A DNA stretch of 63,510 nucleotides, the filler included, from Psammoneis japonica (Eukaryota), in assembly GCA_008632985.1 (NCBI GenBank). It is 3 parts of 3 records of this genome, joined end to end, with 100 filler letters (N's around TTAATTAATTAA, not from the genome) between each part and the next. Parts side by side here need not be neighbours in the genome. Positions count along the whole stretch, not along the records: positions 1 to 29,554 come from QPGO01000405.1; 2 more parts are not named here. One strand, 5' to 3'. The translations under genes and the position numbers were made by a program. The notes beneath the pieces were generated by a model. The model was given only the letters and a program-made list of their open reading frames with translations. It was not told the DNA's origin and did not search any database. Positions 1-12,449 of this stretch are shown piece by piece. Position 1 is the stretch's first letter, and each line of letters opens with the position of its first letter.

Positions 1-174
1 ACTCATGACCACTCAGAACACTGCACACTGCCTGACGAGTGCGGGAGGTTCTCAACAACCCAAGAGGCAAAGAAATTGCCACTCGGCTGGTTGTTGAGTC
101 CCTTCTCCGCACACACATTTGGGCATGTGTTGTGCACAGCATCATCACACAGCATTTGTCCAACTCTCCCTCTA
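1..174. repeat. Partial copy of the ~421-bp repeat unit arrayed at 2332-3921
   Basis: Near-identical to ~2633-2806 (cactcagaa...ctcaacaacccaagaggcaaagaa...ccaactctccctct). Confidence 0.9.
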
Positions 175-180
175 GTCGAG

Positions 181-2331
181 GTGCAGTCCTGCAGCTGAGT
201 AGGATGGACAAGACCTCGGAGGTTGGCAGCAATGTGAGTGGCGACAGAGGCAAACAGACGCTTGTTGAAAGTCATTGTCTGGAAATTGTGACGAATGTCG
301 TTGCTTCTGTTTGAATCGATTTTGTGATGAGCTAATTATTTCGAAGAGAAAATCTGAGTCTGGGTTGCAGTCGTGAGATGCGACCAGAATGACGTTGAGT
401 CGTGACTCTCCCTCTCAACCGAGAGAGCTTGCCAGCCCACAAGAGCCTTTCTGGCTGTGCGGAACGCATCGGTCCGCAGTCCCTTCGTGAACTGATCGGC
501 TGGTTGCTCTAGAGTGCTGACAGGTTGGATGTCGATCTCCAATTGTTCGACTTTAGTCCTAAACCAGTGGCACGGGACACCGATGTGTTTGGTTCGCGGA
601 GACAACTTGGGCACACGTGCGAACTTGAGGCACGCGGAGTTATCTTCGTACACAACGGACGCAGGCAGGACATTCTGCTCTACAGGCGAGTCATCGGTGC
701 CTTGGGTTGCGAGCTCAAAAGCCTTGGAGTGAGTCGTGACAGGGTTTTGGCGGTCAGACTTTCCGAATGCGTGGTGGTTGAGCTCCTTGAGAACTTCACG
801 AACAGGGATGAGATCGCGCACAGCTTGAGAAAGTGCGACATGTTCCACTTCCACAGTCGACAGTGCTGCAAGAGTCTGCAGCTTGGACACCCAGATGAGC
901 GGGCAGCCGGCGCAGTAGATGAGGCATCCAGTCCTGGACTTGACAGAAACTGGGTCTTGACCATCTTCCACACCAAATGACCCCGCGAAGTCAGAATCGA
1001 TGTAACAATCAACTCGATGATCTTGCACAGGCTTGAGAATGAGACCTTCAGTGGCAGTTGCTTTGAGGTGTTGGAGCATCCGCTTCACTGCAGCAGCGTG
1101 GGACGCTCGGGGCGCAAACGAGAATCGAGCTACTTGATGTGTGGCATGTGCAATGTCTGGCCGGCTGTTCGCTGCCAAGTGCATCAACATTCCAACAACT
1201 GAGCGATAATCGCAGGGTTCATCAAAAGGCAGGCCGTCCGTGTCGGCACCAACAGCCGCAGGTAGAGCTGGAGCAGATGCTCCATTGCAATCCTGCATCT
1301 GTGCGGCACGTAGGACCTTGTCAATTAGACCGGGTTGAGTGAGTAGAAATCGACCCTCGGAGAGCTTTTCGATCTTGACACCGAGAAAGTTGCCGACTTC
1401 TCCTTCGTCTCTAAGTTCAAATGCGTGGCGATGTTCGTCGTCGGAGACTCCTGACTTGCGAATTTCGGCTTCTAGAGCTTCAGCTGAAGCTCCAGCAAAA
1501 ACGGTGTCGTCAACGTGCACCACACACATCATGCCCCATTTGAAATACAAACAGGGATCTATGGCTGAAGGCACCCATCCGCGCTCGGTTAAACCAGCTC
1601 GCAACTTCTCGCAGAAGCCCTTGGGAGACTGTTTTAGGCCGTGCAGTCCTTTCAAAAGTTTGAGAACCATGTTGAGTCCCGACCTTGGCGCAAATCCCTT
1701 CGGCGGTGTCATGTGAACTTCCTCGGCGATGTCAGCTTGGCAAAAGGCTGTGGCACAGTCCACCTGTTGTGCAGTCCATCCCTCCTTTAATGCCGTAGTG
1801 AGCATGAGTCGGACACTGGACCATTGCACAACCGGCGCGCAGGTTTCGAAGCAGTCGACTCCTTCTTTCTGCAAATCACCGCGGATGCAGCATCGGGCCT
1901 TGTGCTTGAGAGGGGTTCCATCTGGGAGTCTCTTGAGCTTCAGTGCCCATGTGCCTGGAAGTACATTCACACGCAGCTGACGCTCGACTGCTTTCCAGGC
2001 TCGACGATGCATGAGTGCGTTGACTTCAATTTTCATCGCCTCAATCCATTCGTTGGCGTCCGGACCTTTCAGAGCATTGTGTGACGAAGGCACATCAGGG
2101 TCCTTGGTTTTCTTGCTAGCTGCGTAGGCTCGTGGATCGCCGATGTTGATGGCACCACTGTCCAAATCCGTCTCGAGAGTCGCCAGATACGCCAGTTGAG
2201 CCTTGTGTCCGATCGGCAGCGGCATTTCCTTGACGGAGCTGAAGCAGACCTCATCTACAAACTTGGCAGAGTTGAACTGTCCCTTGGTTGACCGTGAAGA
2301 CCGTCGCAGCCCTGGTGCTCCCTCTGGATTC
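181..2331 (-). mobile_element. Ty1/Copia LTR retrotransposon A, 5'-truncated: RT, RNase H, PPT and part of the 3' LTR
   Basis: ORF 336-2540 has KARxxxRGDLQ, QVD..TAF, LxGLKQSP, VHVDD (YVDD), SRPDIA, YIDSDFAG, RTKHI and ADQFTKGL. A purine tract GAGAGGGAGAG at 416-406 follows the RNase H end. Many conserved Tyr are Cys/His. Confidence 0.93.
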
Positions 2332-3343
2332 GCATGTGTTGTGCACAGCATCATCACACAGCATTCACCCAACTCTCCCTCTCGTCGCAGGATGGGTTGT
2401 CGCCATGTGGCGCATCCGCACGGCGGACTTACGAAATTTTGACCATGCACTCCCTCTGTTAGGCAGGCGGATGGGTTAGCGCCATGTGGCACATCCGGCC
2501 AATGCCAAGGGAGGAGTGGGTTCGAAGCCCAACCGCCCACCCCGGATGGGGTTGGAAAGGGGCAGGCCGAGAAAGAAAAGGAGGCTTGGATTTGAGGCCG
2601 ACTCGAACCAGCGACCTCAGGAAGCGTAAAGACTCACAACCACTCAGAATGCTGTACACTACCTGACGAGCACGGGAGGTTCTCAACAACCCAAGAGGCA
2701 AAGAAGTTGCCACTCGGCTGGTTGTTGAGTCCCTTCTCCGCACACACATTTAGGCATGTGTTGTGCACAGCATCATCACACAGCATTCATCCAACTCTCC
2801 CTCTCGTCGCAGGATGGGGTGTCGCCTTGGGGCGCATCCGCACGGCGGACTTACAAATTTTGACCATGCACTCCCTCTGATGGGCAGGCGGATGGGTTGG
2901 CGCCATGTGGCGCATCCGGCCAATGCCAAGGGAGGAGTGGGTTCGAAGCCCAACCGCCCACCCCGGATGGGGTTGGAAAGGGGCAGGCCGAGAAAGAAAA
3001 GGAGGCTTGGATTTGAGGCCGACTCGAACCAGCGACCTCAGGAAGCGCAAAGACTCACAACCACTCAGAACACTGTACACCGCCTGACGAGTGCGGGAGG
3101 TTCTCAACAACCCAAGAGGCAAAGAAATTGCCACTCGGCCAATTGTTGAGTCCCTTCTCCGCACACACATTTGGGCATGTGTTGTGCACAGCATCATCAC
3201 ACAGCATTCACCCAACTCTCCCTCTCGTCGCAGGATGGGTTGTCACCATGTGGCGCATCCGCACGGCGGACTTATGAAATTTTGACCATGCACTCCCTCT
3301 GTTGGGCAGGCGGATGGGTTAGCGCCATGTGGCGCATCCGGCC
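2332..3343. repeat. Tandem array of a 421-422-bp unit (~2.4 copies)
   Basis: gcatgtgttgtgcacagcatc recurs at 2332, 2754 and 3175 with high identity. Confidence 0.95.
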
Positions 3344-3921
3344 AGTTGGACAAATGCTGTGTGATGATGCTGTGCACAACACATGCCTAAATGTGTGTGC
3401 GGAGAAGGGACTCAACAATTAGCCGAGTGGCAATTTCTTTGCCTCTTGGGTTGTTGAGAACCTCCCGCACTCGTTGGGCAGTGTACAGCATTCTGAGTGG
3501 TTGTGAGTCTTTGCGCTTCCTGAGGTCGCTGGTTCGAGTCGGCCTCAAATCCAAGCCTCCTTTTCTTTCTCGGCCTGCCCCTTTCCAACCCCATCCGGGG
3601 TGGGCGGTTGGGCTTCGAACCCACTCCTCCCTTGGCATTGGCCGGATGCGCCACATGGCGCCAACCCATCCGCCTGCCCAACAGAGGGAGTGCATGGTCA
3701 AAATTTCGTAAGTCCGCTGTGCGGATGCGCCACATGGCGACAACCCATCCTGCGACGAGAGGGAGAGTTGGATAAATGCTGTGTGATGATGCTGTGCACA
3801 ACACATGCCTAAATGTGTGTGCGGAGAAGGGACCCAACAATTGGCCGAGTGGCAATTTCTTTGCCTCTTGGGTTGTTGAGAACCTCCTGCACTCATTGGG
3901 CAGTGTGCAGCATTCTGAGTG
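3344..3921. repeat. Inverted ~1.4 copies of the same unit, forming a long inverted repeat with 2641-3217
   Basis: 3344-3921 is the reverse complement of ~2641-3217; spacer ~126 bp. Confidence 0.92.
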
Positions 3922-4330
3922 CAACTCAACACGCGAACAAGAGTTCGAAGTCACAGCACTGAACATCAAACATTGACATCAAGTCTCACAGCATTCTTTG
4001 TTGTTGTCGTTGTTGACTTGCCTGCAATCGGTGAGTGTTGCTCTTTCGCCTTCCCTTCTTGTTTTCCTTGCGTCTTGCATCCTCACTCATTGTCTCACGT
4101 CTCGTGCCTTGCTTGTAGCAACGTTGGGAGAAGCTCTTTGTCAAGCAACAAAATCAAAGGACTTCGTTTGAAACGTCGGCTTTCCAAATCCAAATCGCCG
4201 CGAAAAACCGTTGGCCTGCTTGAAAAAGGCGACAATTGCTTTGCATCACTGTTGTGTTCATTCGCACTTCTCCCCATCAAGTCTCCCTCTCACATGCAAG
4301 CTTCGTTTTCTTATCCAACTCTTGTGCAGC

Positions 4331-7300
4331 TGCTGGAAGCGGCTCGAATTGAATGTGCCGAGATTCACGGCACCATCATCATCGGATGAAGATTCGCCGT
4401 CGGCAAATCCTCTCTACGAAAAACTGACTCTTGATTCGCACATATCTAAAAGGAGGAGGGGAAAACGAGACAAGGATCGGAATTGGTCTAAGCGACGGAA
4501 GTTATCTGATGAAGCGAACAAAGCTCCAAAGTGTCATTCAAACGGGGTGAGGAATCACCAAAGAGAGCTCGACTCGAAACGGTCTTCAGAGCCCCTCCGC
4601 GCCCGCCAAAGCTCGCGTGAGACGGGCCGCGCTGAAACTATCCAATACCAAGAATATCTGACGTGGACGGAGATTGATAAAAGCCTAGGGCCTATTCTCG
4701 GGAATGCGACACTTCAACGACCCTACTTGGTTAGGAGGCCGATTGGATTGTCGGAAGAAGAAACGAAAGCTCTGACCATGACTCGAGTTTGCAACGATTT
4801 CAAACCATTTCAAGGGCCCAGTAATGAAATTCGAAAACGAAATCAAGGTAAGCGACACGCATTTCATTTTGTTGCCAGCGCGATCACGACACTTTCTTCT
4901 CATCGACTTCATCTCTTTCTTTTGAATTTAGAAATAGCGAAGGCACCTTCTGCCTGGCATTATTTTGTCAACGATACGAAACCGGCAGTCACTCCCAAGC
5001 AAACTTCGAGCAATACTATGGAATCGAGCAGAGCTCTAGAGGCAAACGGATTATCGTCTGACACGAAAGCCGGGAGTGCCGTTGTCTTGGACGCGTCTGG
5101 TGTTGTGAATCAGCGTGATACCAGCCCAGCTAGATTCAAGACGCAAGGGGGCACTGGAGGCCGCCCGGTGCTTGTCAATAGCACGAATCATCAAAGCCTT
5201 CGCCGCGCTTCCTCTGGCAACCATTCAACTCGGACAAGGACATTTTCTTCTGCAGCCACTCCACCCAAGAAGAAAACGCATCGGCCACTCTATCCCATTC
5301 CGGGTGTTTGCGAGACGAACGAAAAGGAAAACCAAGAAGCTGAACAAAACAAAGTCAACTGCATTTCGTCCAAAGCTCCGCCCAACAGAGGTGTCAGGTC
5401 TACCAGCCGCAGTAAAGCAAATTCCGCATCACTTGATAGAGTACGCACTGCGTCGACAGTGGATGCTGGCCTCGACAAATCCAGCTCCAAACGGAGTGGT
5501 CCTTCCGCAAAAGCGACACCTGCCACAAATGAAAACGTCTTTGCAGCCACCGCAGATTCAATGTTAGGTGCAAATAAGAGTCCTGAAAACAGTGGTTTGT
5601 CAGGGCACACTGTTTCAAATGTTCGCGGTAAGACATTGGTTTGATTTGTTTGCATCTTGTGTTTTTTCTTTACCCAATGCTCATTCTTGTCAATTTTTGT
5701 CTTGAATCTGCTATCCTTTAGTAGATGGCGCATCTATCAACACCCGGGCTGCTACGACAGTGGAAGTTGTCGCCAATGGATCAACATCAGGGAGGACACA
5801 ACTCAAGTTGCCAGTGGATCCGAAGTGCGAAGTGGGAAATCTCCTTCTGCCACTTTTTTGATTGGTGCAACCATGGGTATAGGAAGCACGCCCACTGCTG
5901 ATGGACAAGAACGGGACGCCCTCAAGAAGACATCCGCTTCACCGCGTCAGTTTCCTGTTGCCCACAACAAGGAAGGGCCAACCAAACATTTCATACCTCC
6001 TTTTTCCCATTACAATGCAGAGCCAACCGAAGATACGGCAAACGACTACGACCACACGGGGAAAAATCTTATAAGAAATGACAGTTCCATGTCTCGATTG
6101 AGTGTGTACGATGCAGATTCGTTCGAGGTGAAGGGAGAAGAAGAAGCAAATAAAGAAGTCGTTGATAGCACCGTTATAGCCGCATCAGTCACACGAGTGT
6201 GCAATCTTGCCTCTGGAGTACCCCAAGTTGCGAACGGAACTGATGAGATGACCAACTTACAGGGACCATGTTCGGCNAAGAAGCCGCGACCAGTTCAAGG
6301 TAAGAAAATCGACTCGCTTTTTGTTGCTGCCTGTGCGAATTGATTGTTGTTGCCACGACCTCCTTCATACCTTGCCAGTGCCTTCTCCTTTGTTTCAAAT
6401 AGACGCAGACAATGGATCTTCTTGCGACAATAAAGGGCTGCTTGTTATCTCCCATGAAGAGGGAGAGGAGCAGGCCAAGGCACCCACGCCTTTCGCGAAA
6501 GCCGGCGACCGTGAATCTAGTGGATTAGGTACCTGTAGCTCGTTCATTGGAGGAGCGTCCGACGGGTGTGGCCTTGCTTCGAAGGCACCCGCTAGAACGA
6601 CTAAGAACGTTACCTCCGATGGGTCAATGGATCCAACCAGCAAATTCTCAGACATTTCTTCGAAAGAATCAGTTTTTACCCTGGATTCGGAAATGCCGAA
6701 GGGCAAGAGCAGTGAATGTTGTCCACAAAATGAAACCGCTGTGACCGTCACGGACTCATTACCAACGCAAGACCCGAGCGAGGAATGGAACGAAGAAGTC
6801 GATGACCGCTGCAAGCCCAACACCAAAGATTCTGCCATTTCAGAATCAGCGATACAAGTGCACAGTGTTGCCTCTAGATCGTCACAAGCTGCAAACATAT
6901 CCGATGCAATGGCCTCCTTGAACGGAGAAAGTCCCGCAAGAAAACGCAATCGAATTATAGGTAAGAGAATATCTCGTGTTGTTGCTACTTGCACGACCGT
7001 AATTGTTGTTGACGCAATCTGCTGCAAATCAGTTTCAGATCATTTGCTGAATACAGACATAGGCAATGAATCTTCTGGTGACGATAAATCGCAGCGGTTT
7101 CTCTATGACTCTGATGAAGAAGAGGAAGGAGAAGTCAATGCGCCCGGATACTGCACGACAGTTGGCGACCGCGGAGCTAGCACTGTGGGCTACTCTGCCG
7201 CCGAGGCAGGAGCCTCCAATGTCTCTACTGAGGATACCGAAACAGCTACAATTGGTGACTTGAGCGGCGTACGCTTGGAGGATCCGTCTGCTACTGCGAC

Positions 7301-8234
7301 CGGGGACTCTGAGGTAGTTGCTCCTGTCAAGGAAACTGCCAAACCGTCGAGAAAAGAACGTGTGAACAGAAGAAATAACGCGGTTGTGGGTGCTAGAATT
7401 ATGCCCCTAGCCGAGGCTAAAGAACACGGATTTTGTTACGACAAAAGGCGCGTGCCGGTCGGATATTGCATTCCGGACACTTCATTTCGTATTCTGAAGC
7501 GCATGATTCCGGACAAAAAGGAGAGAGCGAAACAAGATATTTCTAAGCTGGCGATTCGAAACGAATTAGCTCCAAGACGCGAATGGGTATCGGCCAAGAA
7601 ATTCATACCGTTTTTTGAGAGTAAAGGATTCGAAGCGCAAAAGTTACGCCACAACGAAAACCAAAGTAAACTGGAATTGCTTCTAAAAGGAGAGGGCGTG
7701 TATCTTGTGATCATTGATTTTTGGGACGAGGTTGGCAGGAAAGTCAAACACGCAGTGGCATATTTTGCAGAGAATGGCGTCCTTATGGACACTCAGCCTC
7801 GTCTTACCTATGTCAAGCTTGATGAAAGGGATCGGGAGTTGTTGAATCGCCGAGACGACAACGCGAAACAGACAGCCAGAGAGATCTTTTGGACGTTATT
7901 TGATCAGCGAAATATCATCGACAGCATATTCAAGATCACAAGGAAAGTGGATCCGACAGCGGCATTAAGTCAAAAAGATAAGGAAGACACTTCTTCAGAT
8001 ACCAACAAGGTTGTAAGACAAGTGGAACCGACCGTGGGAGCAAGTCCAATGGAGGAGGACGACACAGCTTCATATGTACTCAAGAGACAAGAACCCTTAG
8101 ATGAACAACAAGAACGGATAAAACAAAACAGGAGACAGAGACGCGCAAGAAACAAAAAGAGAAGGAAAGAGGCCAAACAGGCGAAGAGGGAGGAAGAAAA
8201 GAGGCTCTCAGAAATGGCTGCTTCGACCGAATAG
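4331..8234 (+). CDS. Multi-exon host gene, 5' end unresolved: large Ser/Thr/acidic low-complexity protein with a C-terminal globular domain and a basic tail
   Basis: GT..AG introns inferred at 4848-4931, 5628-5721 (or 5724), 6300-6402 and 6961-7056. The 6300-6402 intron joins ORF 5657-6343 to ORF 6321-8234 in phase. One apparent 1-nt frameshift in the G run near 5790. TA/Tyr content is normal; stop TAG at 8232-8234. Confidence 0.7.
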
Positions 8235-9923
8235 ATGTGTTCGAATCCTACGACTATTGCAACGACACCGTTTTCACTACACAAGAAAATAAATTGGAAA
8301 GTATAAATTATACCGGTATTTTGACTAGCTAGCTCTAGCTAGAGAAGAATCTAGAGCAACAGGAGGAGCAAAGCAGCGCCATCTTTTTGCTGGTCGGACG
8401 TCGTAGTTGAGCAAACCACTGTACGGTACCGTAGCTAAAAGCGGGCACCACAAAATAGCCAATTTAGATCACAAAAATGACATCACGAGAAGGCGTTGCG
8501 TGCAAAATTGAATGCGTGTAAGTAGAGCGCCATTATTTTTGGGAAAGTATCTATTCTGAAACGAGAAAAGATTTGAGCTATAAGTACAGTTTGTGAGCAT
8601 AGCTGCGTACGAGTGAAAACCTTACGAAACAACAAGCGAACACCCAGAACAGCAAACCACTTGCTTTGGTTGAAATCTATCTCCCCCCTTGTTCAATAAT
8701 ATCATTCGTACCTTCGCTCTGTTTGTGTTAGCCTCCTTAGTATGGCCGGCTGAGAACAAATGTAAATGGAATCGGCAAAGGTCAAGTGACTGGCCACGTC
8801 CCACGTCTTTCAACGCTCTGTTCCTCCTCACCGTCCTCACGACAACTGACAGCAAAAGAACCAACTTGGCATTCTTATTTCCACAAACACAACGATGAAC
8901 TCCAGTCTCCACCCTGGTCTTGATAACCCTTCACGAAACATGGTGGATAGACAATGTGTAGTCTCGTTGCAACGTCCGCCACGGAAATATTGTGAGTTCA
9001 AGCGTCCAAGACGAATTCACCACGACAACTCTAGCCATCTACAGCACCGCATTGCCCATGGAGCAGACCAGACTAGACATTAACACCAATTTGATGGTCG
9101 TTGTCACAATATACTGTCGGCTGTCGGCACGACGAGTGTCATTATTTTTGCACGCTAGTTGCCATTGCCAGCCCGGCAACATCATATCATTGTGGGAATA
9201 GAAACGAAAAGGCAAAAATTTTGATTCAAGAGCGTGAGGCTGAATTCCGCATAGCACGCGAAACGAAGTGCAGTGGGTGTACGAAAGCTAATGAAGGTTT
9301 GGAGCAAACGATTACTTGCTCAAGGTCACCATCGTCGGCGGTTGGCGACAGGCGACATGGAGGCAGGCGACAGGCGACCCAGCCAGCAGCCAGCCATTTT
9401 CAGAGCTTCGAAATCGAGTGGCTTCCGGCTTCCAGATCCGAGTCAGCGGGCTCTTTGAAAACTAATACTTATGTATATATTCTAGAGCAACATAATTTAT
9501 ATTTCATTAAATATGATAGATACGAAAAGTAAATTTACATTTAAACATCTACATATCTTATTTCATCAGTGATCCTGTGCTATGTTCTCTTCTGTACATA
9601 CAGTGCTGAATAAGTTTCGCAGCGCATCGCTGTTTCTCTTTTTTCGGCGAGCGAGCCAGTTTTCAAAAACCAAAACTGAAACTGCTCAGAACTTCGCCAA
9701 CACAATGATAGGCGGCGATATCCGTGCGATTGTAGTTGTCGACAATGGACAATCCATCAAGCTGTCCTGCTCCGAGTGAAGCTCCAAACAGAACACCGAG
9801 TACAAGCCCTGCTCCCAGCTTGGAGCACAGTGCTCTAACGCCAATGCCTTTCCATCCACCGAGAGCGAGTCCCGCTCAGAATGATGTACAGACTCACACG
9901 ACACGACACGACACGACAACCGA

Positions 9924-10567
9924 GTCGTAGTCCTGCTCGAGTGATACGCCCAGTACGACTCCAAGTAGCAGCCCAGCGCCGAGCTCTAGTCCAAATGCAG
10001 CTCCGTTGTAGCTAACAACTGAACACTCGATGTACGTAAATTCCAAAATTGTGAGCATCAAAAAAGTAAAGTTTTTGGTAAAGACTGACGCGTGTTTCGC
10101 TCTTGTTGTCGTTGTCAAAGTTTGAAAGGGACCCCGTCGTAGTCCCGCACCAAGTGATACGCCCAGTACGACTCCAAGTAGCAGCCCAGCGCCGAGCTCT
10201 AGTCCAAACGCAGCTCCGTTGTAGCCAATAACTGCACACTCAATGTACGTAAATTCCAAATTTGTGAGTATAAAAAAGTGAAGTTTTTGGTAAAGACTGA
10301 CGCGTGTTTCGCTCTTGTTGTCGTTGTCAAAGTTTGAAAGGGACCCCGTCGTAGTCCCGCACCGAGTGATACGCCCAGTACGACTCCAAGTAGCAGCCCA
10401 GCGCCGAGCTCTAGTCCAAACGCAGCTCCGTTGTAGCCAATAACTGCACACTCGATCGATGTACGTAAATTCCAAATTTGTGAGTATAAAAAAGTGAAGT
10501 TTTTGGTAAAGACTGACGCGTGTTTTGCTCTTGTTGTCGTTGTCAAAGTTTGAAAGGGACCCCGTCG
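9924..10567 (+). repeat. Three tandem 212-216-bp units, each a Pro/Ser/Thr-linker coding segment plus an intron-like segment
   Basis: The unit start gtcg recurs at 9924, 10136, 10348 and 10564. Units read SPAPSDTPSTTPSSSPAPSSSPNAAPL* followed by GTACGT...CTGAC...AAG. Confidence 0.9.
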
Positions 10568-10640
10568 CCTAAAACTACCCCGATCCAATGGCTCCGTCAA
10601 CCCTGGGGCCCAAAAAAGTATCTACACTTTATCCTACATC

Positions 10641-12168
10641 AATTCCGAATCGGCTTGGCCCACCTGCTCCGCCTCTCGCACTATTGTACTGAGTCCGAAT
10701 CCAAGTCCTCCCACTACTACACCGGATCCGAATCCGATCCAACTCCATCACCGACATTAGCCACTTCTGCTTGGGACAGAGAGAGCCAAGGGAATGTCCA
10801 CACTTGGACGTAGCATTTTTTTAGCAATCCCTTTTCGTTGGCTGCACCTTGAGCTCTCTTGTCCAACACAGCAACCCTTAATTTGATGAGGGTTTATTGG
10901 TTGGATCTGGCAACAGCGTACTGAGCCCGATCCTGCCACACAAACAACCCGACACCGTTCCCTACTCACCAATTCCGAATCGGCTTGGCCCATCTGCTCC
11001 ACCTCTTGCACTGCTGTACCGAGTCCGAATCCAAGTCCTCCCACTACTACGCCGAATCCGAATCCGATCCAACTCCATCACCGACATTAGCCACTTCTGC
11101 TTGGGACAGAGAGAGCCAAGGGAATGTCCACACTTGGACGTAGCATTTTTTTAGCAATCCCTTTTCGTTGGCTGCACCTTGAGCTCTCTTGTCCCACACA
11201 GCAACCCTTAATTTGATGAGGGTTTATTGGTTGGATCTGGCAACAGCGTACTGAGCCCGATCCTGCCACACAAACAACCCGACACCGTTCCCTACTCACC
11301 AATTCCGAATCGGCTTGGCCCATCTGCTCCACCTCTTGCACTGCTGTACCGAGTCCGAATCTAGTCCTCCCACTACTACGCCGAATCCGAATCCGATCCA
11401 ACTCCATCACCGACATTAGCCACTTCTGCTTGGGACAGAGAGAGCCAAGGGAATGTCCACACTTGGACGTAGCATTTTTTTAGCAATCCCTTTTCGTTGG
11501 CTGCACCTTGAGCTCTCTTGTCCCACACAGCAACCCTTAATTTGATGAGGGTTCATTGGTTGGACATGACGACAGCGTGCCAAGCCCGATCCTGCCGCAC
11601 AGTCAATCCGACACCATCCCCTGCTCACCAATTTCGAATCGGCCATTGGCCCACCTGCTCTGCCTCTTGCACCACTGCGCCAAGTCCGAATCAAAGTGCT
11701 CCCACTGTTGCGCTGAATCCGAATCCGATCCAACTCCATCACTGACATTGGCCAATTCTGCTTGGACAAAGAGAGCCAAGGGAATGTCCGCACTTGGACG
11801 TAGCATTTTTTAGCAATCCCTTTTCATTGGCTGCACCTTGAGCTCTCTTGCACCACACAGCAACCCTTGAGATTGATGAGGGTTCATTGGTTGGATCTGA
11901 CGACATTGCACCAAGCCCAATCCTGCCACACAAGCAACCCAACACCATTCCCTGCTCCTCATTTCCAAATCAGCTTGGCCCACCTGCTCCACCTTTCCTG
12001 CTGCTGCACTGAGTGCAAGTCCAAGTCCTGCGACTGCTGCGCCAAATCCGAATCCGATCCAACTCCATCACTGACATCAGCCACTTCTGCAGAGAGAGCC
12101 AAGGGAATGTCCACACTTGGACACAGCATTTTTTGCAATCCCTTTTCATTGGCTGCACCTTGAGCTCT
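10641..12168. repeat. 330-bp tandem repeat, ~4.6 copies
   Basis: aattccgaatcggc at 10641, 10971, 11301, ~11630 and ~11961. Copies 2 and 3 are nearly identical; copies 4 and 5 are diverged. Confidence 0.95.
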
Positions 12169-12449
12169 GTGGTGCCATTGACAAGCTGATCAGATGTCCT
12201 GCAATTGACACCTGGCAATGCCCATTACCTTGATTGTCCGCAAAGCCAAGGGATGTGCTTTTTCAGGAGCCTTCTGCAGTGTCTTCAATCAGCCCATCAG
12301 CTGTCCCGAGTTGACCACCCAGTGAGGTCCTGTCAATTTGCCTTTTGGCCTTGGCCAAGTGATGTGCCTCATTTTCTGTGGTGTGTTCTTGGCACCCAGC
12401 AACATCCCATGGACTGGAGGAGTCCATCTGCTCTGTCAAGTGCTGTGCT

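Noticed and set aside
336..2540. Intact 734-aa active pol
   Set aside because: The N-terminus is read-through from the repeat array, YVDD is HVDD, and the C-terminal extension follows a probable lost stop codon.
2462..2660. Functional tRNA genes
   Set aside because: Only T-arm/B-box-like parts are convincing; I could not build canonical D and anticodon arms.
8622..9532. Short ORFs downstream of the first host gene
   Set aside because: No recognisable motifs or consistent splice structure.
9924..12168. CRISPR-like array
   Set aside because: Whole 212- and 330-bp units repeat with no unique spacers; the context is eukaryotic and there are no cas genes.
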